Assembly (NCBI RefSeq): GCF_028368995.1
Contig: NZ_JAQNDL010000002.1
Location: 1 to 64,000, forward strand
From: Nannocystis bainbridge
GTDB lineage: Bacteria > Myxococcota_A > Polyangia > Nannocystales > Nannocystaceae
DNA: 64,000 bases
Direction: 5' to 3'
The translations under genes and the position numbers were made by a program. Below the pieces are notes generated by a model. It did not search any database. It was not told the DNA's origin and worked only from the letters and a program-made list of their open reading frames with translations. This document shows, piece by piece, positions 61,597 through 64,000 of the stretch. Every line of letters starts with the position of its first letter. Position 1 is the stretch's first letter.

Positions 61597-62343
61597 ATGA
61601 GACTGAAGGACAAGATCGCGGTCATCACGGGCGGCAACAGCGGGATCGGGCTGGCGATCGCCAAGGCGTTCGTGCGCGAGGGGGCGAAGGTGGCGATCGC
61701 GGGGCGCAGCGCGTCGTCGCTGCACGCGGCCCAGCAGGAGCTCGGCGCCGATGCGCTGGCGGTCGAGGCCGACGTGACCCGCGTCGCCGACCTCGAGCGG
61801 CTGTACGCCGCGGTGAAGGAGAAGTTCGGCCGCGTCGACGTCGTGGTCGCCAACGCCGGCCGCAGCGTGATGGGCCCGGTCGACGCGATCGACGAGGCGT
61901 CGTTCGACATGTTGCTCGACACCAACATCAAGGGCGTGTTCTTCACGGTGCAGAAGGCGCTGCCGCTGATGACGGCCGGCGGCTCGGTGGTCCTGATCGC
62001 GTCGGGGCTGCACCAGAAGGCGACGCCGTACATGTCCGTGTACGGGGCGACCAAGGCGGCGGTGCGACAGTTCGCCCGCACCTTCGCGGTCGAGCTGGCG
62101 CCGCGGAAGATCCGCGTCAACGCGCTCAGCCCCGGCCTCACCGAGACGCCGATCCTCGTCAACATGGGCCTCGACGAGGCCACCATCGCCCACGTCAAGG
62201 CCTCGACCCACGGCGCCTCGCCGCTCGGCCGCAGCGGTACGCCCGAGGAGATCGCCAACGCGGCGGTGTTCCTCGCGTCCGACGAGTCGTCGTTCATGAC
62301 CGCGTCCGACGTGGTGGCCGACGGCGGCTACTCGATGGTGTAG
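61597..62343 (+). CDS. SDR family oxidoreductase
   Basis: TGGNSGIG, ANAG, YGATK, IRVNALSPG. Confidence 0.95.
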   Translation: MRLKDKIAVITGGNSGIGLAIAKAFVREGAKVAIAGRSASSLHAAQQELGADALAVEADVTRVADLERLYAAVKEKFGRVDVVVANAGRSVMGPVDAIDEASFDMLLDTNIKGVFFTVQKALPLMTAGGSVVLIASGLHQKATPYMSVYGATKAAVRQFARTFAVELAPRKIRVNALSPGLTETPILVNMGLDEATIAHVKASTHGASPLGRSGTPEEIANAAVFLASDESSFMTASDVVADGGYSMV

Positions 62344-62472
62344 TCGAAGGCGTGTCTGCCTGGCCTAACGGTCAGGCGGCCATTTACCTGGCCTTCGGGT
62401 CAGGTTGACGCTGTCGCTTCGCCGTCCGGGAGGTCGAGCGCCGCGTCGGGCCGCATGCCCGGCCACACTGAC

Positions 62473-62853
62473 TCAAGCGAGGCCGAGGATCGCCGTGAGG
62501 CGGGCGATGAGCTGCTCCTCGGTCACGGTGATCTTGCCGTCGGCGCGGGCGAGCTCGATGAGGTTGACCAGCACGGCGCTGCGCTGCTTCTCGCTCATCT
62601 GCTCCTTCATGAGGTGGGCGTAGGTCTCGACCTGCGCCAGCCGCTCCTCGTCGCTGCCGATGCCGTTGACCCACGCGGCGGTCTCGACGAGCACGTGCGA
62701 GATCTGCTCGTTGGTGGCGTCGGGCAGCCAGCCGTGCAGCACCCGCGCGATGGTGTCGATCTCTTCGTGGCTCAGCTCGCCGTCGGTGACGTGGCTGAAG
62801 GTGAGGTACACGAAGGCGAGGATGTGCAGGGCGGACGGGTTCTGCGGCTTCAT
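62473..62853 (-). CDS. TerB-family (tellurite-resistance-like) protein
   Basis: VTDGELSHEE and ARADGKITVTE duplicated motifs. Confidence 0.85.
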   Translation of the reverse strand: MKPQNPSALHILAFVYLTFSHVTDGELSHEEIDTIARVLHGWLPDATNEQISHVLVETAAWVNGIGSDEERLAQVETYAHLMKEQMSEKQRSAVLVNLIELARADGKITVTEEQLIARLTAILGLA

Positions 62854-62921
62854 CGTCGCCGACGATACCGCAAGCGTTGTCGGATGACCGGGGCCTGCGC
62901 GGCGCGAAGATGCGCGCCGGC

Positions 62922-63533
62922 TCAGTGGTGATGGTGGCCGAACACTTCGGCGCCGCCGTCGTGGGCGCCCGGCGCGAGCTCCATCGGCCGGTTGTTGCTG
63001 CGCGCGAACTGGACCGCCTCGCGCAGGCGCTCGAACAGGTACCGGTGGTTGGGCAGGCCGTAGAGGAGCAGGCTCGGGTGGGTCTGGTCGGTGCCGATCA
63101 GGGTGATCTTGGCGTTGTCGAAGATCCGGTCGAGTACGCTTTGCTCGTAGCGGACGTCGAGCACGCGCCACAGCTCGAGCGAGTCGAGCCGGCGGGTGAT
63201 GACGCCCTTCTGGAACTCGACCCGGCGGCGCGAGATCTTGTAGCGGGTGGTGATGTGCTGCAGGTACGCCCACAGCAGCATCGGCGTGCCGATCAGCGCC
63301 AGCAGCCACATCGGCTTGTCCTTCAGGGCCTCGATCTGCAGCAAGCCGAAGGCGATGCCGCCGCCGAGGATGCAGACGCCCACCCACCACATATAGGTGC
63401 CGAAGTTGGCGCTGTGCTTGGCGATGCCCTCGAAGAAGAGCTCGTCGGTGGCCTGCGCCGGCGAGGAGCCGAGCGGCGGCTGCGCTTGCGGAGGCACGCC
63501 AGGGGGGGGAGGGTTGGCCTGGGGCTCTTGCAT
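62922..63533 (-). CDS. Membrane protein with bacterial PH (bPH_2) domain
   Basis: Two TM helices, then TRYKISRRRV..KGVITRRLDSLEL.RV.DV..EQSVLDRIF. Confidence 0.85.
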   Translation of the reverse strand: MQEPQANPPPPGVPPQAQPPLGSSPAQATDELFFEGIAKHSANFGTYMWWVGVCILGGGIAFGLLQIEALKDKPMWLLALIGTPMLLWAYLQHITTRYKISRRRVEFQKGVITRRLDSLELWRVLDVRYEQSVLDRIFDNAKITLIGTDQTHPSLLLYGLPNHRYLFERLREAVQFARSNNRPMELAPGAHDGGAEVFGHHHH

Positions 63534-63591
63534 GCGCCAAGGGTTGCACGACGACCGGGGCCGGCGCAATCGCCCGCGCCCGGCCGCCCGC

Positions 63592-64000
63592 TCAGCTGGT
63601 CTTCGGGGCAGGTTCGAGGTCGAGCGTGGGGTCGAACCGGCGCCCGTCGGCGAGGGTCACGGGCGTGGCGCCGTGGGCGACGCCGTGCTCGCGCAGGGTG
63701 TCGTCGACGAGCTGCGCGACCTGGCCGACCAGGGCGGTGCAAAAGGCGTGGCGAGCGGGGCCGAGGAACTCGCCGTGCGGGGCGGTGAGGTGGTTGCACA
63801 CGAGGTCGGGGCTGCTGCCGCGATCGAGCTCGGCCTCGACGCGGGCGAGGTAGCGGCTCATGGCGGCCCGCAAAGCCGGCGTAACCTTGCCGGTCGGGTC
63901 GGGGTCGCCGAGGAATTCGCCGAGCAGCAGTTGACCGGCCACGACCGCACCGCAGGTGCCCTGGCCGGTGATCCCGCCGCGGCGCAGCGATTGATAGGCA
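63592..64000 (-). CDS. C-GCAxxG-C-C family putative redox protein (N-terminus beyond the right edge)
   Basis: Frame stays open to the edge: ..GGITGQGTCGAVVAG..VCNHL..FCTALV. Confidence 0.7.
   Translation of the reverse strand, partial: AYQSLRRGGITGQGTCGAVVAGQLLLGEFLGDPDPTGKVTPALRAAMSRYLARVEAELDRGSSPDLVCNHLTAPHGEFLGPARHAFCTALVGQVAQLVDDTLREHGVAHGATPVTLADGRRFDPTLDLEPAPKTS

Overview
High-GC (about 70-73% by eye) chromosomal segment from a myxobacterium. MYXO-CTERM proteins, Cys-rich myxobacterial repeats, DUF1592/DUF1552 pairs, PAS-STAS proteins and many Thr-rich-linker lipoproteins suggest a Nannocystis-like organism (inference). It holds about 40 genes. These cover cation transport (CASTOR/POLLUX-like channel, CtpH/I-like P-type ATPase, YbaL, a second CPA2, TrkH/KtrB), nucleic-acid repair (SRAP, RNA ligase), the stringent response (hydrolase-dead RelA and a separate small HD hydrolase), a histone-H1-like/SUKH fusion, peptidases and surface proteins. 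I saw no rRNA, tRNA, cas gene or transposase. The main unexplained signal is a highly iterated 14-bp palindrome, TGTCY-N4-RGACA (equivalently RRRCATGYYY every 14 bp). I counted about 31 exact TGTC-N6-GACA copies by eye, against well under one expected by chance. They form phased tandem arrays in about 15 intergenic regions and also occur inside genes, where they coincide with rare codons. All product calls come from recalled motifs, not database searches.
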